A stretch of DNA of 64,000 nt from Gemmatimonadota bacterium (GCA_022560615.1 JADFSR010000013.1:29595-93594), one strand, 5' to 3'. Numbered from the stretch's first letter, positions 21,502-31,700 are shown. The notes: generated by a model not told the origin, from the sequence alone. Numbers and translations: made by a program.

Positions 21502-21659
21502 GGCTTCGTCGCTCCGGAGTTGGATTCAGGGCCACCCACGCCGCCACGTGCGCGGACGGCACCGCTGACAGCGACTCATATAGTAAAAAGAGAACAAATG
21601 TTCAGGCAAGGGAAACATTCAGAAAAAAGAAACTTGGCAGGCGCGAAAAGATCTCCCAG

Positions 21660-22676
21660 CTATTCGGCTTCCTCCACCATTGCCGCGGTGATGCACGCCA
21701 CGGAAACGATGTCCGCGGGCGACGCACCTCTGGAAAGGTCGTTGTAGGGCTTCGCCAGACCTTGGAGAATCGGCCCCAACGCTAGCGCCCCCGCCAAGTG
21801 TTGAACGAGCTTGTAGGCGATGTTGGCCGCGTTCAGGTCGGGAAAGACGAGCACGTTCGCCGTTCCCCCCAAGACCGAGTCCGGCGCCTTCCGCCGGGCC
21901 ACGGAGGGCACCAGCGCCGCGTCGACTTGGAGCTCACCGTCAGCCGCCACTTCCGGCGACAGCTCCCGGAAGCGCACCAGCGCCTCCCGCATCTTGCTCA
22001 CGGCAGGGCCTTCCGCGGAGCCGTTGGTCGAATAGCTGAGGAAGGCCACGCGCGGCTCGTCGCCGACCACGAGGCGGCGGGCACGCGCCGCGGCGAGGCC
22101 GATCTGGGCCAGCTGCTCCGACGTAGGGTCGGGGACAACGCCCGCGTCGGTGAAGGTCAGAACAGACGACCCAAGAGAGTGTGTGTGCTCAAAGACCATG
22201 TAGAACGAAGAACTGACCGTATCGATACCCTCACCCGTCCCAATGCCCCTCAAGCCGGCTCGGACGACGTCTCGCGTCGTTCGAACCGATCCCGCCACGG
22301 AACCCTCGGCCTCGCCGTCGCGAACCATGAGCGCCGCCTGCAGCAAGGGGTCGCGCACGAACTCTCGTGCGTCGGTCGCCGTCATCCCTCGCCCCGCATG
22401 CAGCTCACAAAAACGCGTGGCGGCGCGTTCGACACGATCGGGCGACTCGGGGTCGAGGACCATCACCCGCTCCGGATCGATCCCGGCGGCGCAGAGCCCT
22501 TCGCGAACCGTCTGCGGAGGTCCGAGAAGGATGGGTTGATAGAGCTCCGAGGTAACCGCCTCGTGCAGCGAGTCGTGCACGCGAGGCTCGGTCCCTTCCG
22601 GGAAGACCAGCCGGCGCTTGCCTGAGCGGGCACGGGTCCGGAGTTCCTGGAGGAATTCTCCGGACGTGCCTATCAC
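21660..22676 (-). CDS. pta: phosphate acetyl- / butyryl-transferase (PTA_PTB family)
   Basis: [13 protein letters not shown] ... SGSVRTT ... [16 protein letters not shown]. Confidence 0.8.
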   Translation of the reverse strand: MIGTSGEFLQELRTRARSGKRRLVFPEGTEPRVHDSLHEAVTSELYQPILLGPPQTVREGLCAAGIDPERVMVLDPESPDRVERAATRFCELHAGRGMTATDAREFVRDPLLQAALMVRDGEAEGSVAGSVRTTRDVVRAGLRGIGTGEGIDTVSSSFYMVFEHTHSLGSSVLTFTDAGVVPDPTSEQLAQIGLAAARARRLVVGDEPRVAFLSYSTNGSAEGPAVSKMREALVRFRELSPEVAADGELQVDAALVPSVARRKAPDSVLGGTANVLVFPDLNAANIAYKLVQHLAGALALGPILQGLAKPYNDLSRGASPADIVSVACITAAMVEEAE

Positions 22677-23173
22677 GCGCCGAGCCTCTCCCGTAGGCGG
22701 GCGAGCACGGGAGGCGATACGAAGCGTGAGACGTCCCCGCCGAGTGACGCGACTTCGCGCACCAGCGAGGAAGACAGGAACGAGTACTCGACGTCGGGCA
22801 CGAAGAAGAGCGTCTCGATCTCAGGCCACAACTCCTGATTCATCTGTGCCATTTGCATTTCGTACTCGAAGTCCGAGATCGCACGAAGGCCCCGAACGAC
22901 CAAGTACGACCCCATGTCTCGAGCGAAGTCGACGAGCAGACCTTCGAAGGCCCGAGCCTCTACACGCTCGTCGGCACTAAAGATCTCGTTGATCACGCCG
23001 ACGCGCTCTTCCACCGTGAAGAGATTCCGCTTCTGCTGCGTCGCGCTATGCGCGACGGCCACGACGAGCTTGTCGGCCACGCGGAGGGTCCGGCGGGCGA
23101 TATCCTCATGACCCTTGGTCATCGGGTCGAAGGACCCGGGATAGATTGCGACGATCGGGCTGGAAGGACTCAT
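22673..23173 (-). CDS. coaD: phosphopantetheine adenylyltransferase
   Basis: [18 protein letters not shown]. Confidence 0.92.
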   Translation of the reverse strand: MSPSSPIVAIYPGSFDPMTKGHEDIARRTLRVADKLVVAVAHSATQQKRNLFTVEERVGVINEIFSADERVEARAFEGLLVDFARDMGSYLVVRGLRAISDFEYEMQMAQMNQELWPEIETLFFVPDVEYSFLSSSLVREVASLGGDVSRFVSPPVLARLRERLGA

Positions 23174-23694
23174 GCTTCGGCCGTCAGGGTCGTGAGGGCG
23201 GTATCACCGTAGCGCCGCGTAGTAGCGGCGTCCGGCAGACGGAGCGTCTCCCGCGAAGGATGCTCCAACCAAAGTTCGCGCGCAAACGGACCTTCCCGCC
23301 ACTTGTCCGCAAGCGCCTGAGCGTGGCCGCTCCCGTAAGGGGGATCCGCCACCGCGAACGAGAAGAGCCCCGGGTCGCGGTCCAAGTACCGGAAGACGTC
23401 GTCGGCGATGACGGTGCAGCTCTCGGCAACCCCGAGTCGTTCGATATTCGCTTCGATCACTCGTAACGCTCCACGGGCATTCTCGACGAAGGTCACGTGT
23501 CCGGCCCCGCGGCTCAGCGCCTCGAGGCCCAACGCACCAGATCCCGAGAAGAGATCGAGCACCTCCAGACCGTCGAAACGGCCACCCATCGCCGACATCC
23601 ATGCCTCCCGGACTCGATCCGTGGTGGGCCGAACGCCCTTCCCCTTGAGGGGCTTGAGCCGATGGCCACGGAACCGGCCCGCTATGATCCTCAT
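23170..23694 (-). CDS. rsmD: 16S rRNA (guanine966-N2)-methyltransferase
   Basis: MRIIAGRFRGHRL...DLFSGSGALGLEALSRGA...ADPPY. The start was trimmed so that it abuts the recJ stop. Confidence 0.85.
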   Translation of the reverse strand: MRIIAGRFRGHRLKPLKGKGVRPTTDRVREAWMSAMGGRFDGLEVLDLFSGSGALGLEALSRGAGHVTFVENARGALRVIEANIERLGVAESCTVIADDVFRYLDRDPGLFSFAVADPPYGSGHAQALADKWREGPFARELWLEHPSRETLRLPDAATTRRYGDTALTTLTAEA

Positions 23695-25448
23695 CACGCG
23701 CTCCCGGAGGCACGCAGCGCGATCAGGCGAGCCTGAACCCGTGAAGTGCCTCGCCATTCATTCCTTTCGAGGCGAAAGACAACGTCGTGCGGCACGGCCA
23801 TGACCGCCTCGGGAGGGTGTCGCTCAGCAAGCCCGAAGCCGATGGCGTCGATCCGCCCCGCGCCCTGGCTCAACGTCGCCTTGAGGTGGTTCTCGCCGAC
23901 CACCTTGGCGCGCTGGAGTGCGGCAGCGCTCACGACGAAGAGGGGCCCTGGATTCCCGATGCCGTGCGGGCCCAGGTAGCTCATCCAGTGCACGAGTTGA
24001 AGATCGACGTCCTCGAGGTCGAGCACGACGTCGGTGCGAAGCTGCGGCCGCAAATCCGCGAGATCCAACCGCGAGCCGACTTCGGCGTTGAACGCCTCAC
24101 GCAGCGCCGACACGGAGTCCCGAGTGACGTCCATGCCAGCCGCGTGTTCATGCCCCCCGAAGCGCAGCATGTGGGCCGAGCATGCCTGCAGCGCCTCGTA
24201 GAGATGGAACCCTGGAATGGACCGCGCACTGCCTCTACCCCGCTCCCCGTCGAGCGCAATCAGGACGACGGGTCTATGGATGCGCTCCACGACACGGGAC
24301 GCGACGATCCCGATCACTCCCGGATGCCAACCCTCGCCAGCGAGAACGACACCGAGGTCGGAGCCCGGGTCGTACTCCCGCTCCAGCATTTCGAGGGCTT
24401 CGGCCAACGTGCGCTTGTCCTCGTGTTGCCGGTCCCGGTTCGTCGCATCGAGCTGCTCGGCGAGCTGTCGTGCCTCAGCCTCGTCATCGGTGAGAAGCAG
24501 CCGAAGCGCATCCGCGGACTCCCCGATGCGGCCCGCAGCGTTGATTCGGGGTGCCACCACGAAGCCCAACTTGCCCGCTGTGACCTCCGCGACGGGCACG
24601 CCTGCGACCTTCAGCAGTGCGTCGAGGCCACGTATTCGCGTACGCGCGAAACGTCTCAGGCCATGGTGAACGAGCACCCGGTTCTCGCCCGTGAGCGGAA
24701 CGAGGTCCGCGACGGTCGCGAGAGCAACCAGATCCAGGTACGTGACGAGCGCCTCCGAATCGGCAGCGAGCGCGTCGGCGACCAACTCACACAGCTTGTA
24801 GACCACTCCGGTACCGCACAGGCGCTTGTCCGGGTACTCGCAGTCGGGACGGTGGGGATTCACCACCGCCACGGCTTCGGGAAGTGACCCCGCAACGGTG
24901 TGGTGATCGGTGATGACGACGTCGATGCCTTCGCGACTCGCGCTCGACACCGTCTCATGGGCGACCGTGCCGCAATCTGCGGTCACGATGAGAGTAGCGC
25001 CGACGGCCCGGGCCGCGGCCAGCCCGGCGGAGCCAAAGTCGTAGCCGTCCCTCAGCCGGTGCGGCACGAACGGGACGATCTGCCCCCCGAGAGTTCGTAG
25101 CCACCGCGTGAGCAGGGCGGTCGCACAGACCCCGTCGACGTCGTAGTCCCCGTGTACGAGAATCGTGTCACCCGCACGTATGGCCGCCGCGATGCGCTCG
25201 GCGGCCGCCGGACCATCCGCCAGTCGAGCGGCGTCGTGTAGATGCTCTAGACGAGGGCGCAGGAAGTCTTTGGCCTCATCGGGCGACGTCACCCCACGCG
25301 TGACCAGCACCGAGCATAGAGCGGCGGGGAGCCTGAGCGACTGGACGAGTGTCTGGACCGCCGCTGGGTCAGGCGTGTGGGGAAGAATCCAGGTAGGATC
25401 GGGCGAACGGAGTTTGCTCGCGAAACCGTGCGGCCCGGCATTCGTCAC
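23694..25448 (-). CDS. recJ: single-stranded-DNA-specific exonuclease RecJ
   Basis: DHH motifs (VHGDYDVDG, ITDHH) followed by the DHHA1 domain. Confidence 0.92.
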   Translation of the reverse strand: MTNAGPHGFASKLRSPDPTWILPHTPDPAAVQTLVQSLRLPAALCSVLVTRGVTSPDEAKDFLRPRLEHLHDAARLADGPAAAERIAAAIRAGDTILVHGDYDVDGVCATALLTRWLRTLGGQIVPFVPHRLRDGYDFGSAGLAAARAVGATLIVTADCGTVAHETVSSASREGIDVVITDHHTVAGSLPEAVAVVNPHRPDCEYPDKRLCGTGVVYKLCELVADALAADSEALVTYLDLVALATVADLVPLTGENRVLVHHGLRRFARTRIRGLDALLKVAGVPVAEVTAGKLGFVVAPRINAAGRIGESADALRLLLTDDEAEARQLAEQLDATNRDRQHEDKRTLAEALEMLEREYDPGSDLGVVLAGEGWHPGVIGIVASRVVERIHRPVVLIALDGERGRGSARSIPGFHLYEALQACSAHMLRFGGHEHAAGMDVTRDSVSALREAFNAEVGSRLDLADLRPQLRTDVVLDLEDVDLQLVHWMSYLGPHGIGNPGPLFVVSAAALQRAKVVGENHLKATLSQGAGRIDAIGFGLAERHPPEAVMAVPHDVVFRLERNEWRGTSRVQARLIALRASGSA

Positions 25449-26377
25449 TCGTCGCCCGTGTCCTCGTCGTCGGTCTCCTCCGAAACGGCTGCACCATCGT
25501 CGTCACCGGCTTCGTCATCTGCGCCGTCGTCGGCCTCCGATGCGTCACCGGCATCATCCGCCTCGTCGGCGGCGGCGTCATCCGTCTCGTCGGCGGCGGC
25601 GTCATCCGCCTCGTCGGCTGCGGCGTCATCCGTCTCGTCGGCTGTGGCGGCAGCCGCGACGGCTTCTGAATCCGGAGCCGCCAGGATCACGCCGCAACCC
25701 TCACAGCGGATGAGCGCGTCCCCGTGGAGAATCTCGTTTCGAACCTGGAGTGGCACGATCCCGAAGCAGTGTCCGCAAGCACCATCCTCCGTGAGGTCGG
25801 CAACGGCGATCGACCGGCCACCGCGACGGATACCGTCGTAGAGCCGGAGCTCCGACGCGTCCATGCTGCCGACGAAGCTTTCCCGCTCCGACTCGAAGGA
25901 CACCAGGCCCTTCCGTGCGTCCGCTCGCTCCGCGATCAAGTCGGCCAACTTGGGCTCGACAACACTCCTCTCCTGGGCCAGCGTCTCGTCCACCTCTACT
26001 AGACGTTCCTCCGTCTTGCGGATCTGATCGATCAGCGTGTACGCCTCCTGTTCGTCCGCCTGCAGCGCACGCTTGATCATCTCGAGCTCGGCGCTGACGG
26101 CCGCCTCCTCACGCAGATTTCGAACGGAGCCGAGGCGTTCGTCGAGCCGTTTCTCGCGCTCGCGCCTCTCGTCCACGCTCGCCAAGAGACGGCGCTCTTC
26201 GAGCTTCATCTCCTTGAGACGCGTACGGGTCTTTTCGGCCTCGCTCTCCAGGACCAGAGCCGACTCCTCGGCTTCGATGAAGCGGGGGTCGAAGTCACGG
26301 ATCCGCTGGTGCGCTTCCAGGATCCTGAGATCGAGGTCTTGAAGCCCCTTCAGGGCGGTGCGGCGCTGCTGCGTCAT
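25445..26377 (-). CDS. zinc-ribbon / coiled-coil protein (COG1579-like), acidic repeat tail
   Basis: A long coiled coil is followed by CGHC...CEGC. The start was trimmed to MTQQRRTALKGLQ (ATG at 26377). The C-terminus is a tandem ADExDDAA repeat. Confidence 0.65.
   Translation of the reverse strand: MTQQRRTALKGLQDLDLRILEAHQRIRDFDPRFIEAEESALVLESEAEKTRTRLKEMKLEERRLLASVDERREREKRLDERLGSVRNLREEAAVSAELEMIKRALQADEQEAYTLIDQIRKTEERLVEVDETLAQERSVVEPKLADLIAERADARKGLVSFESERESFVGSMDASELRLYDGIRRGGRSIAVADLTEDGACGHCFGIVPLQVRNEILHGDALIRCEGCGVILAAPDSEAVAAAATADETDDAAADEADDAAADETDDAAADEADDAGDASEADDGADDEAGDDDGAAVSEETDDEDTGDE
25549..25644 (-). repeat. Four 24-bp in-frame tandem repeats (GGCGTCATCCGYCTCGTCGGCKGY) encoding the acidic tail AADE[AT]DDA
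   Basis: Four consecutive near-identical 24-mers. Confidence 0.75.
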
Positions 26378-26390
26378 GTGCTCGGCTTGT

Positions 26391-28193
26391 TCAAGTTGTG
26401 TCGCCCCGCAGCCTGCGGGCAGTAGTGGTCCAGTCGTTGGGGTTGAGCTCTCGCCGTTCGCGAGAAACCCGCTCCTTCTCCTCGATGAGGGTTCGCTTCT
26501 CCCCATCGCCAGCCGCCGCCCCAATCCGCAGATCGAGGTCCTGGCTGCGACGATCGAGCGCCGCCACGTGGATGCGGGCGACAGACTCTTCGAATACCCG
26601 CCCCGCGTGTGCCAGCTCTTCGGGATCGGAGAGGATCTCTTGCAGCCGTTGAGCGGCCACAGGATCCATTGATTCCGGCGGAGCACGTAGCCCCGGATCG
26701 TCGAGAAGCGCTTGGAAGATGGTGCGGTAGGTGGGATCCATAAAGTCCCCGGCCCCCAGATGCTCCACGGCCCGCTCGACGAAATCGGGATTCTTGGTCA
26801 TGAGCAGGAGCAGGAAACGCTCAGCACCGAGCTTCGGGACCCTGTGCGCCGCGATGCGAGGCACGTTCGAGGGCGCGCCGACACGCACCGGCCCCGACCC
26901 ACTCCCCGTTCGTTCCATCTCCGCTTCGAGCGTCTCGCGGCGCACTCCGGTGCGGTCGGCGACCTTGGCCACGTAGATGTCGCGCAGCGCCGGGTCGGAG
27001 GCTGCGCGCATCGTTGGCAGCAAGCGGTCGACCGCAGACCGGGTACGCTCGATCGATGAGAAGTAGTCCTTTTCGTCCAGAATCTGCAGCTTGCGGTCTA
27101 GCACATCGACCGCCTGATCCAAATACCGCTCAAGCCCCTCGGGCCCTTCAGAGCGCACAAGCGTGTCCGGATCCTCATCGGGTGGCAGAGTGACCACCGC
27201 CGGATGCAGAGCCGCCTCGAGCAAGGTGTCTCCTGCCTTGAAGGTCGCCTTGAGGCCAGCGGCGTCCGAGTCGAAGAGGAGGAGCACGCGCGTGGTGTAG
27301 CGGGAAAGGAGCTTCGCTTGCTCCGGCGTCAACGCGGTGCCCAGCGGCGCGACCACGTTTTCGAAGCCGTGAGCAGCGAGTGAGACGACGTCCATGTACC
27401 CCTCAACGACGAGCGCCGACTCCGCCCGCCGGATCGAATGCCGCGCCCAGGACAAACCATAAAGGTTGCTGCCCTTATGGTAGATCGGGGTCTCGGGCGA
27501 GTTGAGATACTTGGGGGCGTCCTTGCCACCACCCTCGAGCACGCGGCCACCAAACGCAATGACGCGCCCCGAGAGACCCTCTATCGTGAAGATGATGCGC
27601 CCTCGGAAGCGGTCGTACGGCTCGCGAGACCGCTCGCTGCGCCCCAGCAGACCGACCTCGAGCATCAACTCCTCTTCGAGCCCGTGTTTCGCAGCCGCGT
27701 CCCGCAGCCCGCGCCACTCGTCGGGAGCGAAGCCGAGCCCATAGCGCTCCGCAACGTCCGCGCCGATGCCCCGACCCTCCAAATACTCACGCGCGACGGC
27801 GCCGACGCTCGGATCCTCGAGCTGACGTCGGAACCAGTCCCGCGCGAATCCGTTGATCTCATACAGCGGTCGGTTCGGATCCTCTTCCTCCTGGCTCCGC
27901 TTCACCTCGCGGACCTGGACACCGGCACGCCCCGCCACGTGTTTGACCGCCTCTACAAAGTCCAGGCCCTGGCGCTCCATGACGAACGAGAAGACGTCGC
28001 CCGATTTCCCGCATCCGAAGCATTTGTAGAAGCCCTTGGCGGGGACGACATAGAAGCTCGGCGTGCGTTCCTCGTGGAAGGGGCAGTTCGCCTTGTACTC
28101 GCGACCGGCCTTCTTGAGCTGAACGAACTCGCTGATGACATCGACGATGTCGGCCGCGGCGCGGACCTCCTCAACCATGTCGTCCGGGATCAC
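26391..28193 (-). CDS. dnaG: DNA primase
   Basis: A CHC2 zinc finger (CPFHEERTPSF...CFGC) followed by a TOPRIM domain. Confidence 0.93.
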   Translation of the reverse strand: MIPDDMVEEVRAAADIVDVISEFVQLKKAGREYKANCPFHEERTPSFYVVPAKGFYKCFGCGKSGDVFSFVMERQGLDFVEAVKHVAGRAGVQVREVKRSQEEEDPNRPLYEINGFARDWFRRQLEDPSVGAVAREYLEGRGIGADVAERYGLGFAPDEWRGLRDAAAKHGLEEELMLEVGLLGRSERSREPYDRFRGRIIFTIEGLSGRVIAFGGRVLEGGGKDAPKYLNSPETPIYHKGSNLYGLSWARHSIRRAESALVVEGYMDVVSLAAHGFENVVAPLGTALTPEQAKLLSRYTTRVLLLFDSDAAGLKATFKAGDTLLEAALHPAVVTLPPDEDPDTLVRSEGPEGLERYLDQAVDVLDRKLQILDEKDYFSSIERTRSAVDRLLPTMRAASDPALRDIYVAKVADRTGVRRETLEAEMERTGSGSGPVRVGAPSNVPRIAAHRVPKLGAERFLLLLMTKNPDFVERAVEHLGAGDFMDPTYRTIFQALLDDPGLRAPPESMDPVAAQRLQEILSDPEELAHAGRVFEESVARIHVAALDRRSQDLDLRIGAAAGDGEKRTLIEEKERVSRERRELNPNDWTTTARRLRGDTT

Positions 28194-30556
28194 GAAGCAC
28201 CCCCGAAGCTCGCGACCGTTACCCCGGCCCCGCCCTCACCTGGGCCGCCCATCCGATGGACCTCGACCCTGGCGTCGTCGTCGAGCATCTCAGTTACACG
28301 CTTTCGGAGCGCACCTGTTCCCTTGCCATGGATGATGCGGAGTTCTCGGAGGTCCTCAAGAATCGCCTCGTCCAGTGCGCGCGACAATGCGAGCTCCATT
28401 TCGTCCACGCGCAGGCCGCGCAGGTCGACTTCCAACCGCGCTTGGCCTCGACTCGGCGCGCTCCACCCTCCCGCGCGGACCTCCGGCTCCGGAGAAGCGT
28501 CAACGACTTCCAGGTCGGACACCGGTACCTCGAGTCGAAACGCCCCGGCCTCCACCACCGCGCGCCCGGAACGCAGCTCGATCACCCCGCCCCGTGCTCC
28601 CGTCGCATGGATCCGCACTCGGTCGCCCACCTCGATGTCGACGTGGCGTCCCGCGCCTCGAGCCTCCGTACGGGTCTTCCTGTATCGGCCTGCCGCCCGC
28701 TCTATACGCCGACGCGCCTGACGCGTGCTTTCCTCCAGGTCAGCGCCCTGCTCGAACGAAGCGCGCAACTCCAAAATCGTGGCCTCGACCTCGGCGCGAG
28801 CCTCCAAGAGCAGTGTACGAGCTCCTTCCTGTGCACGGTTGTCCGCATTGCGCTCGAAGTCCCGAAGCGTGCGCTCCCGTCCCTCCATGCCCTTCTTCAG
28901 CCGGGCAGTCTGAGCGCGCTCCAGATCGAGTTGGTGCACGAGCTTCTCCGCTTCTCGCTCGAGCTGTTCGAGACGTGCGAGGGTTTCCTCCATGCGTGCC
29001 GCATCGTCCTCGCGGTACGTCTCGGCCCGATCGAGAACCACGGACGGGAATCCGAGTCGGCGTGCGATCGCAAGACCGTAGCTGCGACCCGGGCGCCCTT
29101 TCAGGAAACGGTAGGTGGGCTCCATCTGGTCGGCATCGAACTGCAAGGACGCGTTGACGATTCCGCTGCCGTCGCTGTCGAGGCGCTTGAGCTCTCCAAG
29201 GTGCGACGAGACGATGGTCGTCGCCTTCTTCGCTACCAGCTCCTCGAGTACCGAGCGAGCGAGAGCCGCTCCCTCCGCTGGATCTGTGCCAGTCCCCATC
29301 TCGTCGATCAGCACCAGCGACCGCGGTCCAGCTTCCGTCACGATGGCCGATAGGTTGGCGAGGTGCGCCGAGAAGGTGGAGAGCGAACGCACGATCGACT
29401 GCTCATCACCGATATCCGCGAAGAACGAGTCGAAGACGGGTAGGCGTGTCCCCGGCCCCACCGGCGGCACCACCCCGCTTTGCGCCAGCGCACATATCAG
29501 ACCCGTCGCCTTGAGGAAGACGCTCTTGCCTCCGGTGTTGGGGCCCGATACGACGACCGCTCGCTCCCCCTCATTGAGCTCGAGCTCGAACGGTACCACC
29601 GACGTCGCGCCATTCTCCAGCAGCAGCGGATGGCGACCGTCACGGATGTGGAGCGTGGGGTTGTCAATATCGGCGAGTTTCGGGACCGCGGCCCCCCACG
29701 ACAGCGCGGCACGAGCGCGAGCATAGAGGCTGTCGAAATCGACCAGCGCGTCGAGCGCCCCGCGCAACGCGTCGCGCTCCTGAGTGACCTCCGCTGTGAG
29801 CTCTCCGAGTACGCGCCGGATCTCTCTTCGCTCTTCGCGCTCCAGATCGCGCAGTTGGTTCATGAGAGCGATTGCCGCGGGGGGCTCCACGAACAACGTG
29901 GCACCCGACTGAGACTCGTCGTGCACGATGCCCCCGACTTCACCCTTTCCTTCCCGGCGTACCGGAATGACGTATCGCCCGTCTCGAATCGTCACCGAAC
30001 CGTCCGCCACGACGAAGCGCTCGGGAAGCGTGGTCACGAACGCCTCGAGCTTCTTCACGATTCTGGCGTGCGCACCTCGCAGCTTACCCCGAATCTTCTT
30101 GAGCTCCCGAGATGCGCCGTCGAGCACATGGCCTTCCGCGTCGACACACCGCCCGATCGCGTCCTCGATTTCCCTCCGTGACACCAGCATCTCGGTGATG
30201 GTCAGGAGCTCGGGATAGCGGCCGTCACGCGCATCGAACTCCGACGAGAGACGGCGAGACGAGTTGAGTAGAACCCCCGCCCCGTGCAACTGCGTCGGCT
30301 CGAGCACCACGCCCTCTGCGGTGAGTTGCTCGAGCGTGTTCGTCAGATCGGGGATGGGGGGCATGCCCCAGTCCGGGTCTTCCTCGACGAAGCGCATCGC
30401 CGCACCGACTCGCCCGAGCTCTCGGGCAATTGTCGCGGGGTCGGTCTCTGGGCGTAAAGCGAGTACGCGATCACGGGCGAGGTCACTGCCCGCGCGCGCC
30501 GCCACGCACTCGAGCACCCGACCAAACTCGAGAACCTCGAGCGCGTGCTCGCTCAC
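28190..30556 (-). CDS. mutS2: endonuclease MutS2 (Smr domain)
   Basis: A MutS ATPase domain (GPNTGGKS) and a C-terminal Smr domain (LRIIHGKGTGALR). Confidence 0.92.
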   Translation of the reverse strand: MSEHALEVLEFGRVLECVAARAGSDLARDRVLALRPETDPATIARELGRVGAAMRFVEEDPDWGMPPIPDLTNTLEQLTAEGVVLEPTQLHGAGVLLNSSRRLSSEFDARDGRYPELLTITEMLVSRREIEDAIGRCVDAEGHVLDGASRELKKIRGKLRGAHARIVKKLEAFVTTLPERFVVADGSVTIRDGRYVIPVRREGKGEVGGIVHDESQSGATLFVEPPAAIALMNQLRDLEREERREIRRVLGELTAEVTQERDALRGALDALVDFDSLYARARAALSWGAAVPKLADIDNPTLHIRDGRHPLLLENGATSVVPFELELNEGERAVVVSGPNTGGKSVFLKATGLICALAQSGVVPPVGPGTRLPVFDSFFADIGDEQSIVRSLSTFSAHLANLSAIVTEAGPRSLVLIDEMGTGTDPAEGAALARSVLEELVAKKATTIVSSHLGELKRLDSDGSGIVNASLQFDADQMEPTYRFLKGRPGRSYGLAIARRLGFPSVVLDRAETYREDDAARMEETLARLEQLEREAEKLVHQLDLERAQTARLKKGMEGRERTLRDFERNADNRAQEGARTLLLEARAEVEATILELRASFEQGADLEESTRQARRRIERAAGRYRKTRTEARGAGRHVDIEVGDRVRIHATGARGGVIELRSGRAVVEAGAFRLEVPVSDLEVVDASPEPEVRAGGWSAPSRGQARLEVDLRGLRVDEMELALSRALDEAILEDLRELRIIHGKGTGALRKRVTEMLDDDARVEVHRMGGPGEGGAGVTVASFGGAS

Positions 30557-30571
30557 GCGGGGTTCACCCTT

Positions 30572-30833
30572 CTAGAAGGGTGATCGGAGAGGGGGGCGGG
30601 CCGCCACCCGTGCTGTCGCACGGGTCCCCGAGTGCCACGGCCCCCAGAGGGCACCCGCGCATTGCGCGGGTCGCGGAGGGGCGAAGGCGTAGCCGTAGCG
30701 GGCACCGCCGCCGAAGGCGGTGGTCCGAGACGCTCCAACGACGGAGATGGGGCCGTGCCACCCCAACCCACAGCCATGCGTGCCTTTTCATCAAGGTGTT
30801 GGGCACCACCCCCCTCTCCGATCACCCTTCTAG
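30572..30833 (+). repeat. MITE-like repeat, copy F (type-1 TIRs, right module deleted)
   Basis: Left end: CTAGAAGGGTGATCGGAGAGGGGGGCGGGCCGCC. Right end: CCCCCCTCTCCGATCACCCTTCTAG. Both ends carry the same GGAGAGG variant. The terminus supplies the last codons (L-E-G) and the TGA stop of yqeY. The left flank extends the palindrome (TCACCCTTCTAGAAGGGTGA). Confidence 0.85.
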
Positions 30834-31262
30834 CTCCTCCCGCACGATCCGGTTCGCTTCCTTCCCGTCGAAACGGCCCCGGATCTGAGGCATGATGCGC
30901 GCCATGAGAGGGCCCATCTGGTCGGCGCCGGCGGCGATCGCCTGCTTCACGAGCGCTCGCACTTCCTCTTCTGAGAGCCCTTCAGGTAGGTATTCAGCCA
31001 AGACCTCCGACTGTGACTCCTCAGTCGTCGCGAGCTCCTCCCGGCCCGCGGCCCGCATCTGGTCAGCGGCGTCCTTGCGCTGCTTGATGCCCTTCGAGAT
31101 GACCTGCACCACGCCGTCGTCATCGAGCTCGCTGCGTTGATCGATCTCTTTGTAGCGCACCTCCGAGAGCACGGTCGACAGCACGAGCGTGCGCAATTTG
31201 TCGCGCTCTTTTCTGGCCGCCGTGAGGTCCGCCCGGAGCCGGATCTTGAGGTCGCTGGACAC
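30822..31262 (-). CDS. yqeY: GatB/YqeY-domain protein
   Basis: Full-length YqeY-like protein. Its final 12 nt (CTAGAAGGGTGA, read on the minus strand) are the repeat F terminus. Confidence 0.8.
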   Translation of the reverse strand: MSSDLKIRLRADLTAARKERDKLRTLVLSTVLSEVRYKEIDQRSELDDDGVVQVISKGIKQRKDAADQMRAAGREELATTEESQSEVLAEYLPEGLSEEEVRALVKQAIAAGADQMGPLMARIMPQIRGRFDGKEANRIVREELEG

Positions 31263-31349
31263 GAGTAGTCCGCCTCTTTTTGCGCGTGGGACGTGCGTCG
31301 GGCGGAAGAAGCTACGTTCTAGCCCGAGTACGGGTCAACGCGCCTCGGC

Positions 31350-31700
31350 TCAGCCCGGAGGCCACGTCAGAGCGCGCCCACCCAACAGGTGCAGATGCAT
31401 GTGGCGCACCGTTTGACCTCCGTCGTCACCGGTGTTCATCACCGTGCGATATCCGGCTTCAGCGACGTCCTCCGCCCGAGCGATGTCCCGCGCCGCGAGC
31501 ATCATTTCACCCAGCACGCCTTGATGGTCGTCCAGCGCCACCTCGAGCGATGTGATGTGTTCGGTGGGGATGACGAGGATGTGGACCGGCGCCTGGGGGC
31601 TGATGTCGCGAAAGGCGAGGAGATCCTCGGTACGGTGCACTACGTCGGCGGGGATCTCGCCTGCCACGATCCTGCAAAAGAGGCAGTCAGGGTTGGTCAT
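31350..31700 (-). CDS. HIT-family (histidine triad) hydrolase
   Basis: Carries the HxHxHxx motif (VRHMHLHLLGG). The start was trimmed to MTNPDCLFCRI. Confidence 0.8.
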   Translation of the reverse strand: MTNPDCLFCRIVAGEIPADVVHRTEDLLAFRDISPQAPVHILVIPTEHITSLEVALDDHQGVLGEMMLAARDIARAEDVAEAGYRTVMNTGDDGGQTVRHMHLHLLGGRALTWPPG

